64,000 nucleotides of DNA from Sphaerodactylus townsendi (Eukaryota), in contig NC_059430.1 of NCBI RefSeq assembly GCF_021028975.2, forward strand, positions 54,250,001 through 54,314,000, written 5' to 3'. Every line of letters starts with the position of its first letter. Within the stretch, counting starts at the first letter, position 1. A model generated the notes under the pieces. That model was not told where the DNA came from. It made no database searches and worked only from the letters and a program-made list of their open reading frames with translations. Of this stretch, positions 1 through 12,001 are shown one piece after another. The translations under genes were made by a program, and so were the position numbers.

Positions 1-199
1 TACTGTGGTGAGATCTTGTACTTTTTTGTGTCTGCTTTCTTTCTCTTTCTATACTGTGTTTCACAGAAATGTGTTAGTAGATAGTAAGTTCCTCCACCAC
101 AGAACAAAGCATGCTGGATCTTCTGTGTTGCAGAATGCTCTACCTGGGTCCTAGTTCTTGTCTAGCCCTGCTCCTTTCATCCATTTGGAAGTCTGAAAA

Positions 200-1430
200 A
201 AAATGCATTTTGACATAAATGCTCTTGTATCAAAGTACCATGTTCATTAATGCACAAAATAATGATTTTGACAAAGGCAGTGCATAAAAATGAATGATAA
301 TTCTCTTTCATTTGGGACTATACGCTAATGTGGAAGCATACAATTTTCTCAACTACTGCACCTCAGCTGGGCAAACTAACATCTTTATGTGATCTGTAGT
401 AATGTTGTTCTTGTCTGTGTATATCCTGATTTCTTCCATTGGAGCAATTTTTATATTCTGCTTAGATTCACTGTTAATCTGTTCTAATTGTCTCAACTCA
501 TCTATGAAAATACAGCCATTACTTCTCCCGTTCTTTTTTGTCATAATTACATCTTGTTTTTTCTTTTTAGGTGATGAGATTTCTTGTTCTGAGTCCATTT
601 CCTGTTGTCCAAGCTCAATAAGCTCTTGGGCCCATGATTTTTCTGTTCCATTATTCTTATTTTTGCAGTTTAGCACTCTAAATTATCGCAAATTCAATTC
701 CGAAGTTTCTTCTAATGACACCAGCTCTTCCTGATAGTGATTCAACTGATTAGTATTATTATATTTCAAATCCTCCTCTTTGGGTGAGGGAAAGAATAGA
801 GCAGATAGAGGTAGTAGGATGTCAGAATTTCCATAATTATTTGAGCTCTTTGTTGATATATTCAGGAGATGTACACTGTCATTTAGACTTTCACAGGATG
901 ACACTTCCATGTGAAATTTCTTATATTTTAATTGAGGAGTTGAGTCATTCCTCTTCCTTTTGTTTTGTCTTGCAGTTGACATATTCAGGAGATCTACTCT
1001 GTCATTTGAACTTTTACAGGATGGCACATCAGTATGAAATTTCTTATATTCCAATTGAGGAGTTGAGCAATTCCTCTTCCTTTTGTTTTGTCCTACAATT
1101 GGAATATGCAGAGTCATTGAAGAGGGCTCCTTGCTATCTATCAGTTCTTGGGTTAGTGATTTTAGATCTTAATTATATTGTCTTGTTCTGCACCAGTGAG
1201 AAAAAGGATTTCTTGAGGTTTTCTTACAAAATGTGATTATTAATCAATTCCTCATCCTCCTATTTTACATCAGTGATTGGCCCCAGTTGATTCTACTGAG
1301 CCATCTGATCAGTATGACTAAGAAACTCTTCATAAAGGTCATTATGTTTAATGGTTGCTTTTTTTATCCTTTCCCCTTGAAATCAGAGGTGCCACAGGTG
1401 TATTATGGAACACCTGAGTTGGCATCCCCT
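200..1430 (-). pseudogene. Decayed reading frame of unknown origin (possible LINE ORF1 or viral relic) with an in-frame tandem duplication
   Basis: ORFs 683-1117 and 353-676 are in the same frame, separated by one TAA. The frame continues with sparse stops toward the window start. No splice sites or recognisable host protein were seen. Confidence 0.4.
852..1097 (-). repeat. Two-copy 123-bp tandem duplication (41-aa unit QNKRKRNxSTPQLxYKKFH...)
   Basis: gatatattcaggagat at 855 recurs as gacatattcaggagat at 978; the protein repeat is visible in ORF 683..1117. Confidence 0.9.
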
Positions 1431-1439
1431 TTTTTGTTT

Positions 1440-2130
1440 TGCAGGGGCCTCCCCACCATGGGTGGCCGCTGTAATGCTGGAATCCACCCCCAAACAGCAT
1501 CACTTTCAGTGGTCTTTAAACTAGGGAGCCCAGATTCTCCTTTTAAATCTACCTTAAAGGGAGAATCTGGGATCCCCAGTTAAAGCAACATTGAAAGGGA
1601 TGCTGTTTTGGGGTCGATTATCCCCCACCCTGAAACAGCATCACTTTCAATGTTTAAACTGGGGACCTCAGGAATTCCTCCTTTAAATCCATGCCGAAGG
1701 GGGTGGATTTAAAAGGAGAATCTGGGGAAATTTGGGGGGTGCCTGCTGTCAGGGGTACAATTGTTAAGCTAGCAGCACCAAACTTTCAGGGTATCTTTAG
1801 GAGACTCTCCCGATGATACCACCGAGTTTTGGTGAAGTTTGGTTCAGGGGGTCCAAAGTTATGGACCCTCAAATGTGTAGCCCCCATCTTCTATTAGCTC
1901 CCATTGGAAACAATGGGGATGGGCCACCCCCTTTGGGAGTCCATAACTTTGTCAAAGGCAGAGCTACCACAGGGTGGGTGGGAACAAACACCCCAGGTGC
2001 AGGCGTGGGGGCCTCCGCAGCCCCCACAAATGCAGCCTGCTTGCTTTTTTAGCTTTAAAAATGTAGGTAAGGGGGGTGGGTGTAGCTGCCATTTTGCCCT
2101 GGGCGTCATTTTCCCTTTCTATGGCACTGA
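1440..2130. mobile_element. Non-autonomous DNA-transposon-like repeat with internal inverted repeats
   Basis: Hairpin ccccaaacagcatcactttc...gaaagggatgctgttttgggg (about 1487-1613) and a second similar arm; ends in ...ggcactg, like hAT-type termini. Confidence 0.5.
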
Positions 2131-3454
2131 GTAGAGTTCACGATTTATCATGTGAAATGCTAATCTGTAGGAAATGTAGATTAGCCTCAGACAGTGGAAG
2201 ATTTTCAGAAGCAACTGTGAATATGCCTAAAATGGACCAATATGGGAAGATTTGGGAGATTCAGGTTTTGAATCCCAATTCTGTCATGAAAGTTTTCTTG
2301 GTGACTTTGGACCTGTCTGGTCGTACCTTACTCTTTCAGCCTAGCCCACCTCTGAGTTGTGGTTATAAGGCAATGTTATAAGATGCTTTAGGATCCAAAT
2401 TGGAGAGAAATGCAGGGTATAAATACATAAATAAGGTAAAGTTCTTATTGTATAGAAAAAAGATTCTAGTGTCTAGCAAACCAGGCTTACAAAATGTAAA
2501 TTGCTTTATAGGTAAATATTTAGTTTATCTTAGTTGCACCTCTGTCCCATACAGTGGCATAGTAGCCCCCATCTCCAATGGGCATGGGTGGGGAGCGATG
2601 CCCAGGGCAGAGGAGTGGAGGGTGTGTGGCAGGGGCCTAATGTTCCGGGGCAGGGGCGGACGGCTCCGCAGCAGGGGCGCATGCACACCCCAGGTGCAGT
2701 TCCCCTTGATCCACCTCTGGTCCTATACAAAACACAAACATTATATAATTCAATAAGCTGTTGCTCATAAAAATCACCTTCCTTTGCCCTTTTAATTTGA
2801 CTGCACTTTCCACCATCTTGAGGGCTTAAAGCTCTCTAAAAATGAATGTGCTTACTATTGTTGCTGCTAATAAGATTTTCATTCCTCTATTCCTCCATGC
2901 AGGTCAGGGGCCTACATAGTAATCTATCTTATGTTATCTTATTGTGGCTACAAGGCAAGTCCAAGATTTCTTAGTGAAGATCTCTTCATAACAGCATAGG
3001 GTTTTGAACCTTGTTCTCCTTCTGTCTTCTAACTGCTATGTTGCAGTTACGTGTTATGTAACATGTATGACTGTAGATGGTCCATGTTCAGTGTGCTGTC
3101 AGTTATGAAGTGACATTACAAGAAATTTGAATGCTTCAGTGAGAAATTTCCATTGTGCAGTGCCAGTTTTTGAATCAGGAATGTAAATTCTCCACTTCAT
3201 AGCTATGAACAGCGTTTCAGATATTCTGCATCCCCATTCCCTTAAAGTTCTGTGTCAAAAATTATGGGTCTTCCAGATCATGCTAATTAGATAGATCTGC
3301 CAATATTTAAATGTTTCAAAGTGGATTGTGCTATGGATGGGAGAGAACAGAGCCCCTGAAGATTTGAAATTTTACCCTGCCACCTCTCCCATCAGAAATC
3401 CCAGTAACGATGTCCACAATTTTCCAAATGCAATGTCACAACTAAAGATAGGTT

Positions 3455-4900
3455 TAACACAAACGTACTGGATCCCTTCCAGTCTGGCTTCCGCGCTGGT
3501 CATGGGACCGAGACGGTGCTGGTCACTGTTGTGGACGACCTCCGACTATACTTGGACAGAGGCGGTTCGGCGCTGTTGGTGTTGTTAGATCTCACCGCAG
3601 CGTTCGATATGGTAGACCACGACCTTTTGGTCCACCGCCTCGCTGGTATCGGGGTTCGAGATTCAGCCTTAAATTGGCTGATCTCGTTCCTCGAGATCGG
3701 GGACAGCAGGTGGCATCGGGGGGTGAGATCTCCAAGCGTCGCCCCATTATGTGTGGGGTGCCGCAAGGAGCGATACTCTCCCCGATGCTTTTTAATATCT
3801 ACATGCACCCCCTGGCGAGTCTAGTTCGGAGTTTTGCGCTGCGGTGTCACCAATACGATGATGACACCCAGCTCTTGTTCACAATGGAGGGCAGCCCGAC
3901 CTCGGCCCCTGATGCTCTCCAGCGTTGTCTTGATGCTGTGGCTGGTTGGTTGAGTGCAAGTCGGCTGAAGTTGAATCCCACTAAGACGGAGGTCCTGTGG
4001 CTGGGTCGGGGGGAGTGTCCGGTGGCCTTTGGCCTGCCTACCCTTCTTGGCGAGACGTTAAAATTAACTTCGTCCGCCAAGAGCCTGGGGGTGACTCTGG
4101 ATCCATCTCTATCATTGGTGGCCCAGGTCACCCAGACAGCCCAGGCAGCTTTTTACCATCTGCGGCAGGCACGGCAACTGGCCCCGTATCTCTCCCGTTC
4201 TGATCTGGCCACTGTGATCCATGCCACGGTCACCTCTAGATTAGACTACTGTAACTCGCTCTACGCGGGCTTATCTTTGGCCATGATCCGGAAACTGAAA
4301 CTTGTACAGAATGCGGCAGCCAGACTCCTTTCCGGAGCAACAGCAAGGGACCGGATTACTCCGGTCCTATACCAACTGCACTGGCTGCCGATCGAGTACC
4401 GGGTCATGTTTAAAGTTTTGGTCTTGACCTTTAAAGCCATTCGCGGCCTTGGCCCTGCATATCTAAGGGACCGTCTCTCCCTATATCGCCCTTCTAGGCC
4501 CCTCCGTTCATCGGAGGCGGACCTACTGGTGATCCCTGGCCCCAAAGCGATCCGGCTGGCCTCTACAAGGGCCAGGGCTTTTACGGCTCTGGCCCCTACC
4601 TGGTGGAACAGGCTTCCAGGTGAGATCAGGGCCCTGCGGGATTTACAAAGTTTCCGCAGGGCCTGTAAAACGGACCTGTTCCGCCAGGCGTTTGGCCAGC
4701 CGGGATGATATCAACCGCAATAATAAGTAAACATCTGGCCTCCCGTGGGTTCATAAAAAGGGGAATAGAATAGAATAGTTGAAGCCATCTCTAGTTTAAT
4801 ATTTTATGTATTTTAATTAACTTATATTTATGATGTTTTAAATTTTTATGTTGTTGGAAACCGCCCTGAGCCTTCGGGGAGGGCGGTATACAAATAAATA
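3455..4900 (+). mobile_element. 5'-truncated L2-clade LINE (RT, C-terminus and 3' UTR)
   Basis: LDPFQSGFRAGHGTET, LLDLTAAFDMVDH, one frameshift near 3690, GVPQGAILSPMLFNIYM, HQYDDDTQL, LKLNPTKTE, SRLDYCNSL, LHWLP; stop at 4708. The 3' tail ccgccctgagccttcggggagggcgg runs into (TAAA)/(TGAA)n. CpG-rich. Confidence 0.95.
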
Positions 4901-4966
4901 AATGAATGAATGAATGAATGAATGAATGAATGAATGAATGAATGAATGAATGAATGAATGAATGAA
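4892..4966 (+). repeat. (TAAA)/(TGAA)n microsatellite, L2 tail
   Basis: Direct read. Confidence 0.95.
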
Positions 4967-6639
4967 AGCTGGGAATCTCAGACTATTGATGACACCTTTA
5001 CCCTTTCCACATAAAGACCTAAGTAACATTGTTTCTTCATCCGCCATTTCTTCCTTCTCCCCCCCCCTCCACATGCTCCATGCCCCCCACTTGTCACAGC
5101 CTGGTCCAGACCAGACGATGCATGGGGGGGGGATGGAGCACATGGGGGTGGGGGAGAGGAGAAAATGGCAGATTAAGTTACAATTTTTCTTTGGTCTGGT
5201 GGAACAGGGTATAGTATTGCATTCTGTTCTGTTTTGTTGTCCTACTGGAATCCCTGAGAACAACAGCATGGTGAAACGGAAAGGTGAGAGGACAAGACAG
5301 TCCAATTTAAATCAAGTTTGTTTTGCTTACCACGTGTTCATGTGAAGGTGAGAGATGCTGTGGGAACCTTATTATGACTTGAAAGCAAGTTCCAGTGCTT
5401 TCGAAATGTGCATGGAAGTAGTTTCTGAACTACACATTCTCGTTCTAGGGTCTAGAAGCATTCTTGGAAGAACCCATGGCTTCACTTGATAGTCTGTTTT
5501 ATCTTTGGTACAAGCTCATATTTCATTTCATCTCCACCTCTTTCTGATTTTCATATGCCAGGCATCACACATTTAAGCCAGTGTCTTAAATTGCTCTGAC
5601 ATAGGAATGTCAGCCTTGGATTTTTCCCTTTCCCAAAGTGTCTCTTAATACAACTTTGATGTCTTCTAGTTCATGTTTCTCTTTAACATTTCTTAGAATG
5701 TAACGCAGCTCTGATTTTAAAAGTAAATGTACAGGAGAAAAAGACATAGGTTTGATGAGAAGTAACTAAAATCTCTCTGCTATTTTTAAATTTGAAGGCT
5801 GTATCAAATTGAAGCAATCACATCAAAACACTTTATTAGGGCACACCTAAGCCCTTTTGAGAGCTCAGTTAGAGGCATAATTGACCTTGCAGAGCTTTTT
5901 AGGAACAGAAGAATTTTCTTGCAGGATTAGACCTTTTTATCCAGTATTCTTTTTCCAGTTCAAGCAAGCCAGGAACCTCTGAAGTTTTTGCTATGTAAAG
6001 GTTGATATTCTCATTAATTGAAGTTCCATTTAGGCATCACGAGCAACATGTAATTTCTGTTAGAACTGAAGATTTAATAGACTTCTGCTGCAATTAATGG
6101 CACAGCTTTCTAGTGCAGAAGAAGTAAATAAGAGGCAAATAGTAGTAAGGATGATTAAATAGGCTGACAATTTGATTGGAGTATCACGGTATTCGCATTT
6201 CAGCTTGTCATACAGCAGCTTTCATCCTGCCTATTGAAGTGATCAGAGTGACTGACATGGAAAAGCCAACTGAAACCCTGAACTACGTACACTTAACCTA
6301 TTCCCCGTGTAGGAATGGCAGATTTGAAGTTGGTTTTCCATTGTTGCTGCCCGGAACTCTTTTGACTGGAGCGTTTGTAGTTTGTGAAACTGGTTGTAAT
6401 TCCTGCAGGTCTTTGCATAGCATTGTGCATGCTTGTGCAATCCTATCCTGAAACCGGATGAGCGACAACTGCCTCATTTTAGAAGGAATAATGGATGCTT
6501 GCAAATGAGCCAGTTTTTGAGCTTCTTACACCACTCCCTCACAGGTGCAGCAGCACTATTCCCATAATCTACTAAATTAGTCATCTGATCAAACAAAAGA
6601 GATGATTAATCTGACAGAATGTTTCATGATAATTCCATT

Positions 6640-6960
6640 CTGACTCCTACAATCATTGGATTGTTTTCAAATTGCTTACCATTTGACAGATTTATAAGCT
6701 GTCCCTGTATCTTTCCATTTTATAGTCAGACTGATTGGCTGGTAGTTTGCCAAATGTTCCTTTATTCCCTCTTTTGGAAATTGGGACATTTGCTCATGTT
6801 CAGTTATTTTGACACTTCACTCATTCTCCCAAGATTTCTTGTATATGATGGAGGTTTTGAGAGTACCTGAGGATTTCCTTTTATTCTCTAGAATGCTATT
6901 TGACAAATGATGTACTGATTTTAATGTAATAAAAAAATAGATCTCAATAACAAATGTCAT
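6640..6960 (-). mobile_element. Old CR1 LINE ORF2 fragment
   Basis: Minus strand gives ANVPISK and NYQPISLT, degenerate versions of the ANV.PIFKKG and NYRPVSLT motifs upstream of RT. Confidence 0.65.
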
Positions 6961-7431
6961 ATCCAGCATTTCTCCCCAGTGGGAGAAACCCTGTGAGGTA
7001 GGTCTGGCTGAGAGAGGGTTACCCAGCAACGTTCCATGGCAGATTGGGGATCTGAAATTGGATGGTAGCTATTTGCATTTTGTAGGGAAAAGTCAAATGC
7101 ACATTGGGGATGTCTGCAAGTGGCATGGTGACTCTGCCCAGGTCTGCAAGTGGGCATGCTCCAAAGTGGTGAGTAAGCAGTAGATGGATTCTAAATTGGG
7201 AGGGGGAGGGGCAGAAGCCCTCTTAGTTCCCATGGATAGAACAATTTGCTAATACCAAGGAGGATTGAAGGAAGGCAGCCTGCAGAGGTCAAGATGGACC
7301 CTCCTCCCCACTGCCCCAGGAAACAACATTCTTTTTAGGGATACTGCTTGGTAATGTTGTGGAGCACCCTCTGCTTACTTACTGTGAATATTCCTGTCTT
7401 ATTTGTCATAACAAAACAAATAATTTTGCTT

Positions 7432-7531
7432 GCTGGGGTGTTGTGGGTTTTCCGGGTTGTATGGCTGTGTTCCAGTAGTATTTTCTCCTGACGTTTTGCC
7501 TGCATCTGTGGCTGGCGTATTCAGAGGATCA
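7432..7531 (-). mobile_element. Penelope-like element terminal fragment with a decayed minimal hammerhead ribozyme
   Basis: Reverse complement cctctgaatacgccagccacagatgcaggcaaaacgtcaggag...ggaacacagccatacaacccggaaaacccacaac resembles the recalled squamate Penelope pLTR end. Confidence 0.75.
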
Positions 7532-7609
7532 GTACGTCATTTGTCATATAGCAAAGTAGCCTTTGCAAAGGTCTTCCACTAGTACAATAATAATAATGAC
7601 AACATAGTG

Positions 7610-7978
7610 CAATGATGGCGAACCTTTTCGAGACTGAGTGCCCAAATTGCAACCCAAAACTCACTTATTTATCGCAAAGTGCCAACATGGCAATTTAATC
7701 TGAATACTGAGGTTTTAGTTTAGAAAAAACAGCGCAGAGGTGCATGTTACTCGGGAGTAAGCTTGGTGAAGCAACCGTGCAACTCTTCGAGTGGGTGAAT
7801 CACGACCCTAGGAGGGTTTACTCAGAAGCAAGCCTCATTGCCAGCAACCAAGCTTACTCCCAGGTAAAGGATCACACCCAGCCAGCCTAGGTGTGTGTGT
7901 GTGGGGAGGTGATTTTCTGCCCGCCCCACATGATGAACTCTGTGCACGCATGCCCACAGAAAAGGTTCACCACTGCTG
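7610..7978 (+). mobile_element. hAT non-autonomous element (internally deleted copy)
   Basis: TIRs caatgatggcgaacct / aggttcaccactgctg; 8-bp TSD acatagtg/acttagtg; same family as 45797-46311. Confidence 0.85.
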
Positions 7979-8636
7979 ACTTAGTGCCTCAACTGGGAAT
8001 TCTAATTTCTGTTTCTGTTCCTCATGTATAACCACTAAAAACAATTACTGTTCCATTACCATGCACAGGGTGGAGTGTGGGAGAAGCATACTTTGACTTC
8101 TTTATTAGATAATGGGGCACTATTAACTCCTTTTCCCTCCTGTTCTTAATATTAACAAAGGTTTGCTCTTATACTGCTCTTAAGTACATTCTAAGTTGCC
8201 AAGCAGGATAGGAATGTGAAGAAGTTGAGACCAAGACTTGAAAGGTGGGCGATGTGGAAAAATTAGCTGGAGAGTGAGGGAAGTGAATCAGAAAAGTGTG
8301 GAAAAGAGGGAGAGAAATTAAGGAAAAGGAAGAGAAATATTATTTTTATCTTGCTGTAACATACTAATTACTACTTTGCAAGATCTTGCTGAGCTGGGTT
8401 CAAGAGAGGATAGACTATTTGAGACAACAACCTTGTTAGCAAGCTGCAGGCTGGCAGATATTGTTGCAGTCATCAGCCATGCTGGCTCGTCTTGCTTCAG
8501 TGCTTGCTTGGTTGATGGGTTTAGTGCTTCCTTGGCTGATCTGTTAGGCAAGTTTGCTTCAAGCTTGCAGAAATTCAAGTCTAGCCAACAGCCAGCATGC
8601 CTTTTACTGTGCTCAAATGTCCCTGTGCTCCTAGTG

Positions 8637-8784
8637 CAGGGGTAGGGAACCTGCGGCTCTCCAGATGTTCAGGAACTACAATTCCCATCAGCCCCTACCA
8701 GCATGGCCAATTGGCCATGCTGACAGAGGCTGATGGGAATTGTAGTTCCTGAACATCTGGAGAGCCGCAGGTTCCCTACCCCTG
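8637..8784. mobile_element. Palindromic hAT MITE (148 bp)
   Basis: Near-perfect inverted repeat caggggtagggaacctg...caggttccctacccctg; perfect 8-bp TSD tcctagtg. Confidence 0.95.
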
Positions 8785-8863
8785 TCCTAGTGCCTACAGC
8801 CAGAACTGTATTTAAAAATTTAAAAGAAATTCTGCTGGATGCAGCATAACAGTGGCTTTAGGG

Positions 8864-9010
8864 CACAGGTGTCAAACTTGCGGCCCTCCAGATGTTCATG
8901 ACCTACAATTCCCATCAGCCTTTGCCAGTATAGCCAATGCTCATGTTGGGAGGGACTGATGGGAATTGTAGTTCATGAACATCTGGAGGGCCGTGAGTTT
9001 GACACCCCTG
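8864..9010. mobile_element. Palindromic hAT MITE, related family
   Basis: cacaggtgtcaaact...agtttgacacccctg; perfect 8-bp TSD ctttaggg; shares its internal core with 8637-8784. Confidence 0.93.
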
Positions 9011-10764
9011 CTTTAGGGGCTCCCAGTTCTCTTGGACCCCTTTAATTTTGTTACTCAGTCCCCGTCCCCCCGCCCTGCAATTTAACAGCCCTGCTGCTGT
9101 TTTCTCCTTTATGAGTCCCTCTATCAGTTAAGCTGAATAGATGAGACCAGGTCCATGTTCTATTGCTAAGAAATATATCATCTGAGTCTGAGTAGGAACT
9201 GTTTAGAAGTTGCTTCCCACTGTATGATGTTGTCTTCTCAGTAATATCCACAAATCTCTTTTTTTGCAGGGAGGAATCTGTTATTACTGGAGAGCATAAT
9301 AGGTGTTTTGTTCCCTACCGTAAATATTTTTCCTTTTGCAAAGTTTATATTTGAACAGAATGGAAAATTAGAAGCAATGTGCTTTGAGCACATTACTACT
9401 TTATAAACCTGCTTAGTTACTCACCTGCCTTCCCTTTAGCCACAATTCTACTACAAAACTACTTATGCAAAAATTATGTTCAAATTACTTAGTGTAATGT
9501 TTGTATATCCATATTCAAGATTTTATATATATGGTGCATGAAGACTACAGTGTGTACTCATGCAATACTTTTCCCTATTTGGTTTCTTTCTCATAAGTGC
9601 CAAAGGAAGATTTGCAATTTAGACATCTTTAGTGCAGTAACTTTCCATCTCAAAAGTATCCCATGATATATATTTTATTGTGACTTCATCTGTTTCCATT
9701 ACTTCTTTATTTTTCCTTTTATTAGATGTAAGGTACCTTCAAATATCAGTTTATGTTATGAAATGTTAGAAGTTTAAATTTATTGATCTAATGGCCATAA
9801 TAATGACTATAATAATGAGAACAATGGTATGTTTATAGGAGCTTTTCCATACTGATTTGGTGTACGTGTGTACCATTTACAACTATTCTCCAGAAATCTT
9901 TTCTGTTAACCAGTTCACAAAGTGTTAGAGAAATCTTAATAGACTTCTTACTAATATATATCTTAATAGACTTTTTACAAGTGTATAATTTTAAAATTAC
10001 TTTGTTTTTTGTTTCTTAATTCCATATAGTTTTAGAGTCTCAAAACTAAATAAAAAGAAGCCCAAAGGGAAAATGAGATGAAGATTGAAAAAGAATTATT
10101 TTACTTTTAAAGAAGCAAAAAAAATGACCACCTTTACAAATTCTTACCAATCAAACAAGACAAATTATTTATTCTGAGGTTAATGTCCTAAGCCTAGTCT
10201 TTAACAGGGGTTAAAGTTCTCCTCAGGTTTTATCTACAAATATTTTGGGGCAAATTAGGGACTTCTAGAGTTTTAGAATTCCCTGCTCCACATTGCAATG
10301 GCTTTTGACAACCAAAGGTCAATAGTATATTGTTCACCTTACTCTCAGGATAATATCCCAGATCGTCAGTTTCCCCTCCCATAAGAAACAGGAATGAAAT
10401 TTAAACTGAGATGGCTGATCACCAATCAGTATATCAGTATATCAGCTGATTAGGCCTATGAACAGATAAATACATCTTTCTATAGAGGTTTGGAAGAAAA
10501 AAATCTGAAAATGAAAGAAAAGTTAAAGGGATTTTTTTGAAGCTTCAGACCTCATCAGAGGTGGGGCTAGATTTCATGGCATATTGTTGCAAGATCTTGG
10601 CCAAACATTTTGCAGAAATTGAGGGAAGTGTTGCTGCCACAACGAAGTGAGGTGAGAGAAGGCGGTGAGTAAGTGAAAGCCTGGCCTTGCTCACGCTCAG
10701 TTTATTAAAGGAAAGTGTTGAAAATGCCTATTGGATTTTGGACTTTTAAAATGTAGCCACTGTG

Positions 10765-12001
10765 TCTATATTATACAAGATGATTATAAAACTATCCTGA
10801 CCCATAATTGTCTAAGTGTTGGAATGTTGTGATGACAAACCCTCCACCAATCAACAAACCCTCCTCCAATCAGCGAGCAGGAGCAAGCCCAGTTCTGCCA
10901 GGCCTCCCAACACCCTCCTGGTTCTCTGCACCCTTCCACAACCCCCAATAGTCCAGCCCTGCCAGTGGGGCAGCAGCGCCTTGGTGCCTGCTGCTCCACC
11001 AGCCCTGCCAATACCCCCTCCACCCCCAACAGCCCATCCCAGTCAGCAGAGCAGTGACGCCTTGGCACACGCTGCTTTGCCGGCCCGCCAATACCCTCCC
11101 AGTTCTCCCCATTCCCAACAGCACAACCTGGCCAGAAGAGCAGCGGTGCCTTGGTGCACACTGCTCTGCCAGCTCCCCACCCAACAGCCAATTCTGCCCC
11201 CCCCCACCTCCAAACAGCCAATCCTGGCTTTGGCGCATGCTGCTCTGCTGGCCTTCCAATACCCTCCCAGTTCCCCTCACCCCCAACATCACATTCTGTC
11301 TAGCAGAACAGTGGTGCCTTGGAGCATGCTGTTCCACTGGCCTTCCAGTGCCCTCGCAGTTCACCCCACTCCCAACTGCCCATCCCAGCTGGCGGAGAAG
11401 TGGTGCCTTGACACACTCTGCTCCAGCGGCCTGCCAATACCCTCCTGGTTCCTCCCCCACCCAAGCCTCCCCATTCCTCTGCTACCCCAATCCTCACCTT
11501 TCTACCCTCCCCCACCTCAAGCCACACCTTCCAACCCTCCCCTACCCAAGCTTCACCTTCCACTCTGCCCCACCCAAGCCTCCCCATTCCACCTTCCCCA
11601 TTTCCAAATCTCCCATTTCAACCCTCCCCCACCACAGCCACACCTTTCCGCTGCCACCACCATAAGCCTTACCTTTCCACCTTCCCTAACCCAACTCACT
11701 CCTTTCAATCCTCCCCCACTCCAAGCCTCTCCTTTCCACCTTTCCCACATGCCAAGTTTCATTTTCCCACCCTCCCCCACCCCAAGCCACTCCATTCTAC
11801 CTTCCCTTCCCCCAAGACATACATTTCCACCCTCCCCCCCATCCCAAGTTACAGACTCAGGACCAAGTAGGTGGGAACTTGCACTGCGCGTGAGGGGGGC
11901 TGCTGTGGTCTTGGTAAAACCCATTACAGGGGAAAATTCTTGCTCACCCTCCCCTTGCTCAGGACCATAGCATATCCCCCCACAATGCGCTTTGCTGCTA
12001 G
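10765..12001 (+). mobile_element. Putative non-autonomous Helitron carrying C-rich minisatellites
   Basis: 5' TCTATATTATA..., 3' ...caatgcgctttgctgCTAG|t, no TSD. Internal ~85-bp repeats (gtgccttgg...gctgct...ccaataccc) at 10960-11450 and shorter C-rich units to 11850. Confidence 0.6.

Noticed and set aside
852-1097. CRISPR-like repeat array
   Set aside because: Two contiguous 123-bp units with no spacers, in a eukaryotic context.
10816-11970. 384-aa Pro-rich ORF and overlapping antisense ORFs
   Set aside because: Produced by C-rich tandem repeats that lack stop codons; open in several frames; no domain.
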